A DNA stretch of 64,000 nucleotides from Gemmatimonadaceae bacterium (GCA_033763905.1 JANRJP010000037.1:64001-128000), one strand, 5' to 3'; positions 1-10,419 are shown, numbered from the stretch's first letter. Translations and numbers: made by a program. The notes: generated by a model from the letters alone, not told the origin.

Positions 1-648
1 GATCTGGGCATCACCAGCGACGGACCGGTGCGCAGCGTGATGCTGTACAGCCGCGTGCCCGCGAGCGAGCTCTCGGGGCGCCGGGTGCTGGTGAGCCGCA
101 GCTCGATGACCAGCGTGGAACTGCTGCGCCTGCTCTTCGAGCAAGTCTGGCGCGCGACCCCGGAGTTCGTGCCCGCCGACGCCGAGGTGGCGGATGTCTC
201 GCACTTTGGCGATGTGGCGCACGCGGCGCGATTGGTGATCGGCGACGCGGCCCTCCTGCTCAACGCGGCACGGCGCGGCGACGCCGTCGGTGATCACGCG
301 CCGCACTACCCGTACGCGTACGATCTCGGCGCCGAGTGGAAGCAGTGGACGGGGCTGCCGTTCGTCTTCGCCGTGTGGGTGGCGCGTCGCGCCGTGCCGG
401 TCGCCGACGCGCTGGCCGTGCACGCCTCACTGATCGCCTCGCGGGATTGGGGCGAGGCGCATCGGCGCGAACTGGCGCTCGACGCCGAGCGTTCCACGGG
501 TGTGGACGCTGCCACCTGCCACGAGTACCTCACCGGACTCGAGTATCATCTGGGGTGGAAGCACCTCGCGGGGCTGTCCGAGTTCTTCCGTCGTCTTGCC
601 GCTGCCGGCCGCGTGCCGGATGGTGGATTCGCCTTTCTGCCTGCTTGA
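1..648 (+). CDS. mqnA: chorismate dehydratase MqnA (futalosine menaquinone pathway), 5'-truncated by window edge
   Basis: Frame open from base 1 (DLGITSDGPVRSV). Motifs LVIGDAAL and DLGAEWKQWTGLPFVFAVW. Adjacent to mqnC. Confidence 0.85.
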   Translation, partial: DLGITSDGPVRSVMLYSRVPASELSGRRVLVSRSSMTSVELLRLLFEQVWRATPEFVPADAEVADVSHFGDVAHAARLVIGDAALLLNAARRGDAVGDHAPHYPYAYDLGAEWKQWTGLPFVFAVWVARRAVPVADALAVHASLIASRDWGEAHRRELALDAERSTGVDAATCHEYLTGLEYHLGWKHLAGLSEFFRRLAAAGRVPDGGFAFLPA

Positions 649-660
649 CGGGTTCGTCCT

Positions 661-1746
661 ATGGTCGCGATTCCGAAGGATCTGATCGATCTGTACCGCA
701 ACGCCCCGCTGATGGAGCTCGGCGCAATGGCCGACGCCGTGCGCCGCGAAAAGCATCCGGAGCAGGTGGTGACGTACATCGTCGATCGCAACATCAACTA
801 CACCAACGTCTGCGTCGCGGACTGTGGCTTCTGTGCGTTCTACCGTCGGCCCAAGCACGGGGAAGGCTGGACGCTGTCGTACGAGCAGATCGGCGCGAAG
901 ATCGACGAAGTAAAGGCGCTGGGGGGCGTGCAGATTCTCATCCAAGGGGGCCACAATCCCTACATCCCCTTTGAGTGGTACCTGGACCTGCTGCGCTACA
1001 TCAAGCAGCACCACCCGATCCACGTACACGGCTTCAGTCCGAGCGAGGTCGATTTCTGGGCCGACCTCTACCGGATGGACGCCGTCGAGGTGATTCGCGA
1101 ACTGGTGAAGGCGGGCCTGGACTCGATTCCGGGCGGCGGTGGCGAGATCCTCGTCCAGCGCGTCCGCGACAACGTCGCGAAGAAGAAGGCGGGCGCGGAT
1201 CGGTGGCTCGAGATCATGGAGCTCGCCCACGGCGAAGGCCTGCGCACCTCGTGCACGATGATGTACGGGATCGGTGAAACGCTCGAGGAGCGCATCGAGC
1301 ACCTGCTGCGCCTCAAGGATGTGCAGTCGCGCACCAAGGGCTTCACGGCGTTCATCTGCTGGCCGCTGCAGCCGGAGAACACGCCGACGATGTCGCATAT
1401 GCCCAAGACCGACTCGGTGGAGTATCTGCGCACCACCGCGTTTGCGCGCGTGGTGCTCGACAACATTCCCAACCTCCAGTCGAGCTGGGTGACGATGGGG
1501 ATGAAGGTCGGGCAGACGGCGTTGCACTTCGGCTGCAACGACTTCGGCTCGCTGATGCTCGAGGAGAACGTCGTATCGGCAGCGAACACCACCTACCGCA
1601 CGTCGATCGGCGAGATGGAGCGGCTGATTCGCGAGGCGGGCTTCACGCCGGCTCGGCGGCGGCAGGATTACTCGATCATCGCCGACACCGTCGGTGGCAC
1701 CGTCCCGATCGAGACGCCGTCGGCCCTCGCCGCGTCGGGCGACTGA
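661..1746 (+). CDS. mqnC: cyclic dehypoxanthine futalosine synthase (radical SAM)
   Basis: RNINYTNVCVADCGFCAF (CxxxCxxC), GGGGEIL, NLQSSWVT, GCNDFGSLMLEENVVSAA. Confidence 0.92.
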   Translation: MVAIPKDLIDLYRNAPLMELGAMADAVRREKHPEQVVTYIVDRNINYTNVCVADCGFCAFYRRPKHGEGWTLSYEQIGAKIDEVKALGGVQILIQGGHNPYIPFEWYLDLLRYIKQHHPIHVHGFSPSEVDFWADLYRMDAVEVIRELVKAGLDSIPGGGGEILVQRVRDNVAKKKAGADRWLEIMELAHGEGLRTSCTMMYGIGETLEERIEHLLRLKDVQSRTKGFTAFICWPLQPENTPTMSHMPKTDSVEYLRTTAFARVVLDNIPNLQSSWVTMGMKVGQTALHFGCNDFGSLMLEENVVSAANTTYRTSIGEMERLIREAGFTPARRRQDYSIIADTVGGTVPIETPSALAASGD

Positions 1747-1749
1747 GCC

Positions 1750-2235
1750 GTGCCGACGCGCACCGGGATCGGATACGACTCGCATCGGTTTGCCCCAGGC
1801 GGGCCGATGCGACTGGGCGGGGTGGATGTCCCCGCCGACGTGCATCTTGCCGGCCACTCCGACGGCGACGCCATCTGCCACGCCCTGACCGATGCCATAC
1901 TGGGCGGCGCCGGCCTCGGTGACATCGGCGAGATGTTTCCCGACACCGACCCGGTGAACAAGGGCAAGGATTCCGTCGTCATGCTGCGCGCGGCGCTCGA
2001 TCGCGTGACGCGCGCCGGATTCCGCTTGGTAAACGTGGATGTGACGGTGATCGCCGAACGGCCCAAGATCGGTCCGCAGCGCCCCGCGATCCGGGAGCGT
2101 CTCGCGTACGTGCTCGGCATCGACGCCTCCTGCATCTCGGTGAAGGGAAAGACCAACGAAGGGATGGGCTGGATCGGCCGCGGTGAGGGGCTGGCGGTGA
2201 TCGCCGTGGCCGCGTTGCACCAATCCTCGAGTTGA
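1750..2235 (+). CDS. ispF: 2-C-methyl-D-erythritol 2,4-cyclodiphosphate synthase
   Basis: GIGYDSHRF, GHSDGDAICHALTDAILG, DIGEMFPDTD, SVKGKTNEGMG. Confidence 0.96.
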   Translation: MPTRTGIGYDSHRFAPGGPMRLGGVDVPADVHLAGHSDGDAICHALTDAILGGAGLGDIGEMFPDTDPVNKGKDSVVMLRAALDRVTRAGFRLVNVDVTVIAERPKIGPQRPAIRERLAYVLGIDASCISVKGKTNEGMGWIGRGEGLAVIAVAALHQSSS

Positions 2236-2248
2236 GCAGGCGTCGGCC

Positions 2249-2851
2249 GTGAACGAATGGCTGGGCTGGTTGCAGCAGTTGCCGCCGAGTGCGCTCTACA
2301 GCGTACTCGGCGCGCTGGCATTTACGGAGAATGTCTTCCCGCCAGCGCCCGCCGATACCATCATCGCGTTCGGCACCTTCCTCGCGGCGCGCGGGTCCGC
2401 GACGCTGGCGCTCTGCCTAGCGGCGGTGACGATCGGACATCTGATCGGCGCGGCGACCGTGTACGTGGTGGGACGCCGCTGGGGCGCCGCCAAGGCCAGA
2501 CAATGGATGGCCTCGCACGGCGAGGGGCGCGCCGATGCGCTGTTCGAGACCTGGTACGCGAAGTACGGCTTCTTCGCGTTGCTCGTCGGGCGCTTCATTC
2601 CCTTCGTCCGCGGCGTCGTGCCACTGGCGGCCGGCGCGATGGGCATCTCGTTCGTCGCCGTCCAAGTCGTGACGCTCCTCCACGCGGCGGTGTGGTACGG
2701 CCTCATCACGGTGCTGGCATACAAGGCGGGCGAGAACTTCCAGCTGTTGGTCACCCGAATGCAGCAGGGCGGGGCGACCCTGGGGCTCGTCGCGGCGGTC
2801 ATTGCCTGCACCGCCGCCGCGCTCTGGTGGTGGCGTCGGCGCCAGCGGTGA
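2249..2851 (+). CDS. DedA family membrane protein
   Basis: ENVFPPAPAD and GRFIPFVR motifs; several hydrophobic segments. Confidence 0.88.
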   Translation: MNEWLGWLQQLPPSALYSVLGALAFTENVFPPAPADTIIAFGTFLAARGSATLALCLAAVTIGHLIGAATVYVVGRRWGAAKARQWMASHGEGRADALFETWYAKYGFFALLVGRFIPFVRGVVPLAAGAMGISFVAVQVVTLLHAAVWYGLITVLAYKAGENFQLLVTRMQQGGATLGLVAAVIACTAAALWWWRRRQR

Positions 2852-3765
2852 GCGAGCCGGCGGCCGATCACAGCGCCCGCGCGTTCCTAGTGGAGCGCTT
2901 CGCGGACTTCCTGTCGCTCGAGCAAGGCAACTCGCCCCGCACGATCGACGCCTACCGTCGCGACATCGCGCGACTGGCCGTGTTCGCGAACGCGCGCGGG
3001 GCCACAGGTCCGGCGGGCATCACGCCGGGCGTGCTGCGCGACTTTATCTACCACCTGAAGGATCTCGGCCTGTCGCCGGCGAGCATTCGGCGGAATCTGT
3101 CGGCGATTCGCACGTGGTATCGCTTCCTGCTCGGCGAAGGCGTGGTGCGCACCGATCCGTCGGAGCGACTGGAGGCGCCGGCGAGATGGCGCACGCTGCC
3201 CGAAGTGCTGTCGACCGAGGACGTCACGCGGCTGCTGGCCGCGCCCACGCTCGACGATCCGATGTGCTTTCGCGACCGGGCGATGCTCGAACTGGGCTAC
3301 GGCGCCGGCCTGCGCGTCAGCGAGTGGATCACGCTGGCGGTGCGCGATGTGCTGCTCGAAGACCAGGTGGTCCGTGTGTTCGGCAAGGGCGGCAAGGAAC
3401 GGCTCGTCCCGATCGGCCGCCAGGCGATTGCCGCCGTGTCGGTGTACCTGCGCGAGCTGCGGCCAACCCTCGAGCGGGGCAGGGGACAGGGGGTGCTGCT
3501 GCTCAACGCGCGCGGCCAACCCCTGTCGCGCATGGGGGCGTGGAAGATTCTCCGGAAGCACGTGGACGCCGCCGGCCTGTCGACGGCGGTGTCGCCGCAT
3601 ACGCTGCGCCACAGTTTCGCCACGCACCTGCTCGAGGGCGGCGCGGATCTCCGCGCGGTGCAGGAGATGCTCGGTCACGCCGATATCGCGACGACGCAGA
3701 TCTACACGCACGTCGATCGGGAGTACCTCCGACAGGTTCACCGGCAGTATCATCCGAGAGGATGA
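2848..3765 (+). CDS. xerD: tyrosine recombinase XerD
   Basis: GTG start overlaps dedA stop (GTGA). SPRTIDAYRRD, GLRVSE, GKGGKERLVP, SPHTLRHSFATHLLEGGADLRAVQEMLGHADIATTQIYTHV. Confidence 0.92.
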   Translation: MSEPAADHSARAFLVERFADFLSLEQGNSPRTIDAYRRDIARLAVFANARGATGPAGITPGVLRDFIYHLKDLGLSPASIRRNLSAIRTWYRFLLGEGVVRTDPSERLEAPARWRTLPEVLSTEDVTRLLAAPTLDDPMCFRDRAMLELGYGAGLRVSEWITLAVRDVLLEDQVVRVFGKGGKERLVPIGRQAIAAVSVYLRELRPTLERGRGQGVLLLNARGQPLSRMGAWKILRKHVDAAGLSTAVSPHTLRHSFATHLLEGGADLRAVQEMLGHADIATTQIYTHVDREYLRQVHRQYHPRG

Positions 3766-4349
3766 TTCTCGTACTCGACAATTACGACTCGTTCACGTTC
3801 AACCTGGTGCAGTACCTCGGCACCTTGGGCGCCGACCCGCACGTCGTGCGCAATGACGCCATCTCGGTGGACGACGTCGCCGCACTCGCGCCGCGGGCGA
3901 TCGTCCTGAGCCCCGGCCCCTGCGCGCCGGCGCAGGCCGGCATCACCGTGCCGGTGATTCGACGGTGGGGCGCGACGATTCCGATGCTCGGTGTGTGCCT
4001 CGGGCATCAGGCGATCGGCGAGGCCTACGGGGGACGCGTCGTGCGCGCGCCGCGGATGATGCACGGCAAGACCTCGCGGATCGTGCACGACGGCGCGGGA
4101 CTCTTTCGCGACGTGCCGCAGCCGATGACGGTGATGCGCTACCACTCGTTGATCGTCGAGCGCGAGTCCTTGCCCGCTGATCTCGAGGTGACCGGCACGG
4201 CAGAAGACGCGCCGGAGGAGATCCACGCCCTGCGGCACCGCACGCACCCGGTCTGGGGCGTGCAGTTCCACCCGGAGAGCATCCTCACCGATGGCGGGAT
4301 GCAGCTCCTCCGGAATTTTCTCGATCTCTCGGCGTCGTGGCCGCACTGA
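3762..4349 (+). CDS. aminodeoxychorismate/anthranilate synthase component II (class I glutamine amidotransferase, PabA/TrpG)
   Basis: ATGA overlap with xerD. MILVLDNYDSFTFNLVQY, SPGP, GVCLGHQ, HGK, RYHSL, VQFHPES. Confidence 0.92.
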   Translation: MILVLDNYDSFTFNLVQYLGTLGADPHVVRNDAISVDDVAALAPRAIVLSPGPCAPAQAGITVPVIRRWGATIPMLGVCLGHQAIGEAYGGRVVRAPRMMHGKTSRIVHDGAGLFRDVPQPMTVMRYHSLIVERESLPADLEVTGTAEDAPEEIHALRHRTHPVWGVQFHPESILTDGGMQLLRNFLDLSASWPH

Positions 4350-5869
4350 CCGTGTCAGGCGCTGGGCGCTGGCACCGTCGGCTGGCCTCCAGCGGCTTGG
4401 TGCTGGTGCTCGGCGCGGCGTGGGGGTCGGCCGACGCACAGCCGAGCACTGCGCGCGTGCGAGACCCGGGGCCGGGCGTTCCGGGGCGAGTGGTGCAGCA
4501 GGCTCTGCGCGGTCCGCATCGCGTCGTCGAGGCGAAGAATCGCTGGGCCGTGATTCCGCACGGCGACGACACGCAGGGCTCACTCATCATCGTGAACGGC
4601 TCGGCACGACTCAACGCCGTCGTCACCGGCGACGTGATCGTGGTGGACGGCGACCTGCGGCTGCAGAACGGTGCGCGAATCGGCGGGCGCGTCGTGGTGC
4701 TCGGCGGACACCTGTTCAACTGGACACCCTTTTCGGTGATCCGCGGCGACGTGATCGAGCAGCCGAACGATCGCTTCGACGCGGCGCTCAGGGACGGGGT
4801 GTGGCAGCTCAGCTGGGGACCGATCGGTTCACAGTACCCCGTGCCCGGCCTGCGAATGCCCGGTCTCGCGGGGTTCGACCTCCGGGCGTACTCGCGCGTC
4901 GACGGCCTGGCGCTGCAGTGGGGGCCGGAGGTGAACGCCGGACGGAGCCTGCGCGTCCGGCCTGCGGCGACGTGGCGTACGCATCGCGGGGTGATCGACC
5001 CGTCGCTCAGTATTCGCGCCGGCAGCCGCCGGGTATGGCTGGACGCCGTGGCCGAGCGGACCACCGCGAGTAACGACATGTGGCTCACGGGCGACCGTCG
5101 GGCAGCAGTGCTCGGCTTCCTGACCGGCTTGGACGCGCGCGACTGGTACCGCGCGGATCGTGCCGAAGGCATCCTCCACCTGCTGCGAGATGGCGGGCCG
5201 ATGGTCGTCGAGGTCCGCGGCGGGGTCCGCAGCGAGCGGGCGAGCGCGGCGTCGCTGGCTGGGCCGTTGTCGCCCCCGTGGCATTTCGGCGCCGACAACA
5301 CCGCTGGAGGATTTGCGCGTCCCAACCCGGCGGTGAGCCCTCGCACGCTGAGCACCGTGCTCGCGGGCGTGAACGTGCAAGCGAGCGGACTCGGCATCGA
5401 CCTGACGTTCGATGTCGCTGGCGAACGTGAAGTCTCACAAGCAGTTGGCGCGCTCCCGTTCACCCAAATTGTTGCCACGGGGCGCGCGGCGGTGCCCCTC
5501 GTTGCCGGCGCCCGGTTCGAGGCGTTTGGGCGGGCGGTGGAGACCACGCAGGGGAGCGCGTCTCATCGCCTCGCCGCCGTTGGTGGGGCGGGGACGCTCC
5601 TGACCGAGCCCACGCTCGCGCTCCGTGGAACCGCGCTGCGATACGGCGAGGTGCGGCTTGCCCTGCCGTCCCCGCTCGCTGCGCTGCCGGTGCGGATTGC
5701 CCCGCGGTTGGCCTTCGGCCGGACCGAGCTCGGGGCAGCGGCACGGTCGGTCACGAACTACGGGGTGCAGTTCGACGTCGGCCCCCTGCGGCTCGAGTAC
5801 GCCTACGACCCCAGCGCCCGTCGCGGCGTGACACAACTGACGACCACCTGGATCCCTGCCGTTCGATGA
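4337..5869 (+). CDS. hypothetical exported protein: N-terminal beta-helix-like (bactofilin/polymer-forming-like) segment and probable C-terminal outer-membrane beta-barrel
   Basis: Signal-like N-terminus. Repeating V/I-x-G-D-V-x-V pattern, then YSRVDGLALQWG and alternating beta-strand pattern. Stop overlaps next gene start. Confidence 0.55.
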   Translation: MAALTVSGAGRWHRRLASSGLVLVLGAAWGSADAQPSTARVRDPGPGVPGRVVQQALRGPHRVVEAKNRWAVIPHGDDTQGSLIIVNGSARLNAVVTGDVIVVDGDLRLQNGARIGGRVVVLGGHLFNWTPFSVIRGDVIEQPNDRFDAALRDGVWQLSWGPIGSQYPVPGLRMPGLAGFDLRAYSRVDGLALQWGPEVNAGRSLRVRPAATWRTHRGVIDPSLSIRAGSRRVWLDAVAERTTASNDMWLTGDRRAAVLGFLTGLDARDWYRADRAEGILHLLRDGGPMVVEVRGGVRSERASAASLAGPLSPPWHFGADNTAGGFARPNPAVSPRTLSTVLAGVNVQASGLGIDLTFDVAGEREVSQAVGALPFTQIVATGRAAVPLVAGARFEAFGRAVETTQGSASHRLAAVGGAGTLLTEPTLALRGTALRYGEVRLALPSPLAALPVRIAPRLAFGRTELGAAARSVTNYGVQFDVGPLRLEYAYDPSARRGVTQLTTTWIPAVR

Positions 5870-7032
5870 GCACGCGTCGTATCGCCACCGCAGGACTCAC
5901 GGCGCTGGTACTGGTCCTTGCCGCGTTCTTCTTCATCGTGCCCGGCATCGTGGATCGGCAGATGAATGTGCGACTGGGGCCGTCGCACGTGGCGGTGGAG
6001 GCTCGCGCCGAGTCACTGCACCGCCGCCTGTGGATCGCCGATCTGCACGGAGACGCGCTGCTGTGGGGGCGCCCGCTGCTCGATCGGGCGGACCACGGCC
6101 ACCTTGACGTGCCGCGCTTGCTGGAAGGCAACGTCGCGCTGCAGGTGTTCGGGGCCGTGACGAAGACGCCGAAGGGCATCAACTACGAGCGCAACAGCGA
6201 CTCGACCGACAACATCACCTTGCTCGCGATCGCGCAACGCTGGCCCCCCGCGGCGTTCGGCTCCTTGCGCAAGCGTGCGCAGTTCCTCGCGCGGCGACTC
6301 CACGAGGCCGCCGCCGCGTCGGAGGGTCGGCTCGTCATCGTGCGGAGCCGGTCCGAACTGGCGTCATTCCGGAGCGCGCGGGAGCGGAACCCGCGGATGG
6401 TGGCGGGGCTGCTGGCGACCGAAGGGCTGCACCCGATCGAGGGGGACTTGGCGAACCTCGATACGCTGTTCGCGGCGGGCTACCGAATGTTCGGCCTCAC
6501 GCACTTTTTCGACAACCCGGTCGCCGGATCGGCGCACGGCGTCGCCCGCGGCGGCTTGACGCCGCTCGGACGGCGCGTGATCGAACGCGCGGCCGCGCTG
6601 GGGGCGCTCATCGACGTCGCACACGCGAGCCCGCAGGCAATCGACGACGTGCTCGCGATCACCACGCGACCGATTGTGGTGTCGCACACGGGGGTCCAAG
6701 CGACCTGTCCCGGGCCGCGGAATCTGTCGGACGACCAGTTGCGGCGCATCGCGGCGACGGGGGGCGTGATCGGCATCGGGTTCTGGGACGGCGCCGTGTG
6801 CGATCCATCGCCAGCATCGATCGCCAAGGCCATCGTGCACGCGCTGTCGGTGGCCGGCCCCGACGCAGTGGCGTTGGGGTCGGACTGGGACGGCGCCACG
6901 AAGACCGTGTTCGACGCCGCCGGGCTGCCGGCCCTCACCGAGGCGCTGCTTCGCGCCGGACTGCCGCCGGAAACCATCGGGAAGGTGATGGGCGGGAACG
7001 TGCTCCGACTGCTCGGCACCAGCCTGCCGTAA
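5866..7032 (+). CDS. membrane dipeptidase (peptidase M19 family)
   Basis: N-terminal TM helix. ADLHGD, GHLDVPRL, EGLH, LTHFFDN, DVAHAS, SHTG, LGSDWDG. Confidence 0.9.
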   Translation: MSTRRIATAGLTALVLVLAAFFFIVPGIVDRQMNVRLGPSHVAVEARAESLHRRLWIADLHGDALLWGRPLLDRADHGHLDVPRLLEGNVALQVFGAVTKTPKGINYERNSDSTDNITLLAIAQRWPPAAFGSLRKRAQFLARRLHEAAAASEGRLVIVRSRSELASFRSARERNPRMVAGLLATEGLHPIEGDLANLDTLFAAGYRMFGLTHFFDNPVAGSAHGVARGGLTPLGRRVIERAAALGALIDVAHASPQAIDDVLAITTRPIVVSHTGVQATCPGPRNLSDDQLRRIAATGGVIGIGFWDGAVCDPSPASIAKAIVHALSVAGPDAVALGSDWDGATKTVFDAAGLPALTEALLRAGLPPETIGKVMGGNVLRLLGTSLP

Positions 7033-7070
7033 CACGCAGTCGCCGAGGGGCAAAAACCGTCGCTTGCCCG

Positions 7071-7099
7071 TTGGCGACACCGTCACGCTCCGCTAGATT
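7071..7099 (+). promoter_or_regulatory. putative sigma70-type promoter for the kdsB...rpoN operon
   Basis: TTGGCG (7071-7076), 17 nt spacer, TAGATT (7094-7099), in the only sizeable intergenic gap before kdsB. Confidence 0.5.
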
Positions 7100-7100
7100 C

Positions 7101-7117
7101 TTGGAATGGTTTTTGCG
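7101..7117 (+). promoter_or_regulatory. putative sigma54 (-24/-12) site
   Basis: TTGGAATGGTTTTTGCG: GG (7103-7104), N10, GC (7115-7116); close to consensus TGGCACG-N4-TTGC. Confidence 0.55.
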
Positions 7118-7146
7118 TCGAAATCCCCGCGGCGGAAGCCGGTAGC

Positions 7147-7920
7147 GTGAGCACGCTCATCGTCATCCCCGCCCGGCTCGGCGCCGTGCGCCTGCCGCGC
7201 AAACCGCTCCGGTTGATCGGCGGCAGCCCGATGATCCTGCAGGTCTGGTCCCGCATCGTGCGCTTCGGCGTCGGCGATCGCGTGGTCGTGGCGACCGACG
7301 CAGACGAGATCGCCGCCGTGGTTCGTGCGGCAGGCGGCGAGGTTTGCCTCACGCGCGCCGATCACCAGAGCGGCTCCGACCGCGTCGCTGAGGTGGCGGC
7401 GCGCCCCGAGTACGCCGGCCACGATGTGATCGTGAATGTGCAGGGTGATGAACCCTTTATGACGCCGCAGGCCGTGCGTGGCGCCATCGCGATGGTCCGT
7501 GATCGAGGCTTTGCCTTGGGGACGGCGGCCGTGCCAGCGACCAGCGAGATTCTGGCGAACCCGATGGTCGTGAAGGTCGTCACGACGGATGCGGGGCAGG
7601 CGATGTATTTCTCGCGCGCCCCGATCCCGTTCTTGCGTGACGCGGCCGATGTGGCCGACCGTGACGCGCGACTGCTGCAACATCTCGGCGTGTATGCGTA
7701 TCGCCCCGAGGCGCTCGCGGCCTGGGTCGCGCTCCCGACGCATCCGCTGGAGCGCGCCGAGCGATTGGAGCAACTCCGGCCGCTCGCGGCCGGCTGGACG
7801 ATGGGTGTAGCCAGCGTGCCCGGTCCTGCCGCGTGGGGGATCGACACCGAGGAAGACCTTGAGCGGGCCAACGCGGTGTGGCCCGAGTTTACCCGTACCG
7901 AAGCTGCCGGAGCCGAGTGA
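7147..7920 (+). CDS. kdsB: 3-deoxy-manno-octulosonate cytidylyltransferase
   Basis: [53 protein letters not shown]. Confidence 0.95.
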   Translation: MSTLIVIPARLGAVRLPRKPLRLIGGSPMILQVWSRIVRFGVGDRVVVATDADEIAAVVRAAGGEVCLTRADHQSGSDRVAEVAARPEYAGHDVIVNVQGDEPFMTPQAVRGAIAMVRDRGFALGTAAVPATSEILANPMVVKVVTTDAGQAMYFSRAPIPFLRDAADVADRDARLLQHLGVYAYRPEALAAWVALPTHPLERAERLEQLRPLAAGWTMGVASVPGPAAWGIDTEEDLERANAVWPEFTRTEAAGAE

Positions 7921-9575
7921 TGCCGCAGACCACCAAGTTCGTATTCGTCACCGGCGGCGTCGTGTCGTCGCTGGGCAAGGGAATCGCCGCCGCGTCCCTC
8001 GGCCGATTGCTCGTCGAGCGCGGGCTGCGGGTGACGATGCTCAAGTTCGACCCGTACATCAACGTCGATCCCGGCACGATGTCGCCGTTCCAGCACGGTG
8101 AAGTCTTCGTGACCGACGACGGCGCCGAGACCGATCTCGACATCGGCCACTACGAGCGATTCCTCGATCGGCCGCTGACGCAGTCGAACAACGTCACGAC
8201 CGGGCGCGTGTACCTCAACGTGATCAACAAGGAGCGGCGCGGCGAGTATCTGGGCTCGACAGTCCAGGTCATCCCGCACATCACGGACGAGATCAAGGCG
8301 GCGATGAAGCGCCTGTCCCCCGAGAACGACGTCGTCATCGTCGAAATCGGCGGGACCGTGGGCGACATCGAATCGCAGCCGTTCCTCGAGGCCATCCGGC
8401 AGTTCCGACAGGAGATCGGCCGCGAGAACGGGCTGTTCGTGCACCTGACGCTAGTGCCGTTCATCGGCGCGGCGGGCGAGGTGAAGACCAAGCCTACGCA
8501 GCACTCGGTCCGCGAACTGATGGAAATCGGCATTCAGCCCGACGTCCTGATCTGCCGAACCGAGCGCCCGCTGGCCGACGACGTCAAGCGCAAGATCGCG
8601 CTGTTCTGCAACGTCGAATTCGGCTGCGTGATCGAAAGCCGCGACGTCAGCACGATCTACCAGATTCCGCTGTCGTTCCGCGAACAGGGCTTCGACGACG
8701 TCGTCTGCCGCAAGCTCGGCCTCGAGACGCGCGAGCCGGATCTCTCCGGCTGGGGGGCGCTGGTGCGCCGCGTCACGAACCCGGCGTCGCGCGTGAAGGT
8801 GGCGGTGGTCGGCAAGTACACCGACCTCGCCGACGCATACAAGAGTGTCCACGAGGCGCTGATCCACGGTGGCATCGCGAACGAAGTCGGCGTCGACATT
8901 CGCTGGCTGTCGAGCGACCTCTTCACCGACGCCGCGGCGGCCAAGGCGATCTTGGCCGACCACGACGCGCTGCTGGTGCCCGGCGGCTTCGGCGTGCGCG
9001 GCGTCGAGGGGATGATCGAGGCGATTCGCGGTGCCCGCGAGCAGGGCGTGCCCTTCTTCGGCATCTGCCTCGGGATGCAGGTCGCCATCATCGAGTTTGC
9101 GCGCCACGCGGCACTGCTCGGCGCCGATGCCAACTCGAGCGAGTTCGCGCCGCAGTGTTCGGCACCGGTCGTGTCGCTGATGGAGTCGCAGCAGCACGTC
9201 ACCGAAAAGGGCGGCACGATGCGGCTCGGGGCATACCCCTGCCGACTCAAGCCGGGTTCGAAGGCCGCCGAGATTTACGGCGTCCCCGAAGTCAGTGAGC
9301 GCCATCGGCATCGCTACGAGGTCACCAACCGCTATCGCGATGCGCTCGCGGAGGCGGGGATGCGCTTCACCGGCCTGTCGCCCGACGGGCAACTCGTCGA
9401 GATGATCGAACTCGCCGAGCATCCGTGGTTCGTCGGCTGTCAGTTCCATCCCGAGCTGCAGTCACGTCCGACGCGACCGCACCCGTTGTTCGCCGGATTC
9501 ATTGCGGCGGCGGTCAAGGCCCATCGCGCGAAGGCATCGTCGACGCCCGCAAGCGCCGCGACGGTGAGTGCCTGA
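7920..9575 (+). CDS. pyrG: CTP synthase
   Basis: [56 protein letters not shown]. Confidence 0.98.
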   Translation: MPQTTKFVFVTGGVVSSLGKGIAAASLGRLLVERGLRVTMLKFDPYINVDPGTMSPFQHGEVFVTDDGAETDLDIGHYERFLDRPLTQSNNVTTGRVYLNVINKERRGEYLGSTVQVIPHITDEIKAAMKRLSPENDVVIVEIGGTVGDIESQPFLEAIRQFRQEIGRENGLFVHLTLVPFIGAAGEVKTKPTQHSVRELMEIGIQPDVLICRTERPLADDVKRKIALFCNVEFGCVIESRDVSTIYQIPLSFREQGFDDVVCRKLGLETREPDLSGWGALVRRVTNPASRVKVAVVGKYTDLADAYKSVHEALIHGGIANEVGVDIRWLSSDLFTDAAAAKAILADHDALLVPGGFGVRGVEGMIEAIRGAREQGVPFFGICLGMQVAIIEFARHAALLGADANSSEFAPQCSAPVVSLMESQQHVTEKGGTMRLGAYPCRLKPGSKAAEIYGVPEVSERHRHRYEVTNRYRDALAEAGMRFTGLSPDGQLVEMIELAEHPWFVGCQFHPELQSRPTRPHPLFAGFIAAAVKAHRAKASSTPASAATVSA

Positions 9576-10419
9576 CCCGATGACGGCCACCTCTCCGCTG
9601 CCGAGCCGGGCCGCGAGCCCGTTCCCAGCCGACGCGTTCTTCCTGATCGCCGGTCCCTGCGTGGTGGAACCGGGCGACGTGCTCCCGCGGGTTGCCGACG
9701 CCGTGGCCCGGGTGGGTGCGCTCGTGCCGGGCGGCGTGATCTTCAAGGCCAGCTTCGACAAGGCCAATCGGTCGAACGCCGGCGCCTTTCGGGGGCCCGG
9801 GCTCGACGACGGGCTCGAGGCCCTCGCGCGCATCAAGAAAGAGTTCGGGCTCCGCGTCCTGACCGACGTGCATCTGCCCGAGCACTGCGCCACGGTCGCC
9901 GAGGTCGTCGACGTCCTGCAGATCCCGGCGTTTCTCTGCCGCCAGACGGATCTGCTCGAGGCCGCTGGCGCGACGGGCAAGCCGGTCAATGTGAAGAAGG
10001 GACAGTGGATGCACCCCGAAGGGATGGCCGGTGCCGTCGCCAAGGTGCGTGAGGCCGCCGGTGGCACCGCGGACGTGGCCGTGACCGAACGCGGCACCTT
10101 CTTCGGCTACGGCGATTTGGTGGTCGATATGCGCGACTTCGTGCGGATGCGCGCGGCCTGCTCGGCACCGGTGATCTTCGACGCGACGCACTCGGTGCAG
10201 CAGCCGGGCAAGGGGCAGGGGGGCGCGTCCGGCGGCTTGCGCGAGTACATCCCGATGCTTGCGGCAGCGGCCGCGGCGGCCGGAGCCGACGGGCTCTTTC
10301 TCGAGACGCATCCGACGCCTGACACGGCGCCCTCCGACGGGCCGAATATGCTGCCGCTCGAGCAGTTGGAGCGGGTGATCCGGCGGGTGCTCCGCCACTG
10401 GGAGGCGGCGCGCTCGTGA
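9568..10419 (+). CDS. kdsA: KDO 8-phosphate synthase
   Basis: [46 protein letters not shown]. Confidence 0.96.
   Translation: MPDPMTATSPLPSRAASPFPADAFFLIAGPCVVEPGDVLPRVADAVARVGALVPGGVIFKASFDKANRSNAGAFRGPGLDDGLEALARIKKEFGLRVLTDVHLPEHCATVAEVVDVLQIPAFLCRQTDLLEAAGATGKPVNVKKGQWMHPEGMAGAVAKVREAAGGTADVAVTERGTFFGYGDLVVDMRDFVRMRAACSAPVIFDATHSVQQPGKGQGGASGGLREYIPMLAAAAAAAGADGLFLETHPTPDTAPSDGPNMLPLEQLERVIRRVLRHWEAARS

Noticed and set aside
427..2223. Long antisense or alternate-frame ORFs (also 34758-37034, 30563-32299, 49932-51578, 57679-59385 and others)
   Set aside because: Shadow ORFs of well-identified genes in high-GC DNA; Arg/Pro-rich with no motifs.
2257..2847. Long N-terminal extensions in the ORF track (xerD, trpG/pabA, SBP, apt, pcm, MerR, gpsA and others)
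   Set aside because: They overlap upstream genes; start/stop overlaps (GTGA/ATGA) define the real starts. The lptB extension is different because it overlaps no other gene.
2848..3765. Tyrosine recombinase as a phage or island integrase
   Set aside because: Canonical XerD motifs and size, embedded in housekeeping genes.
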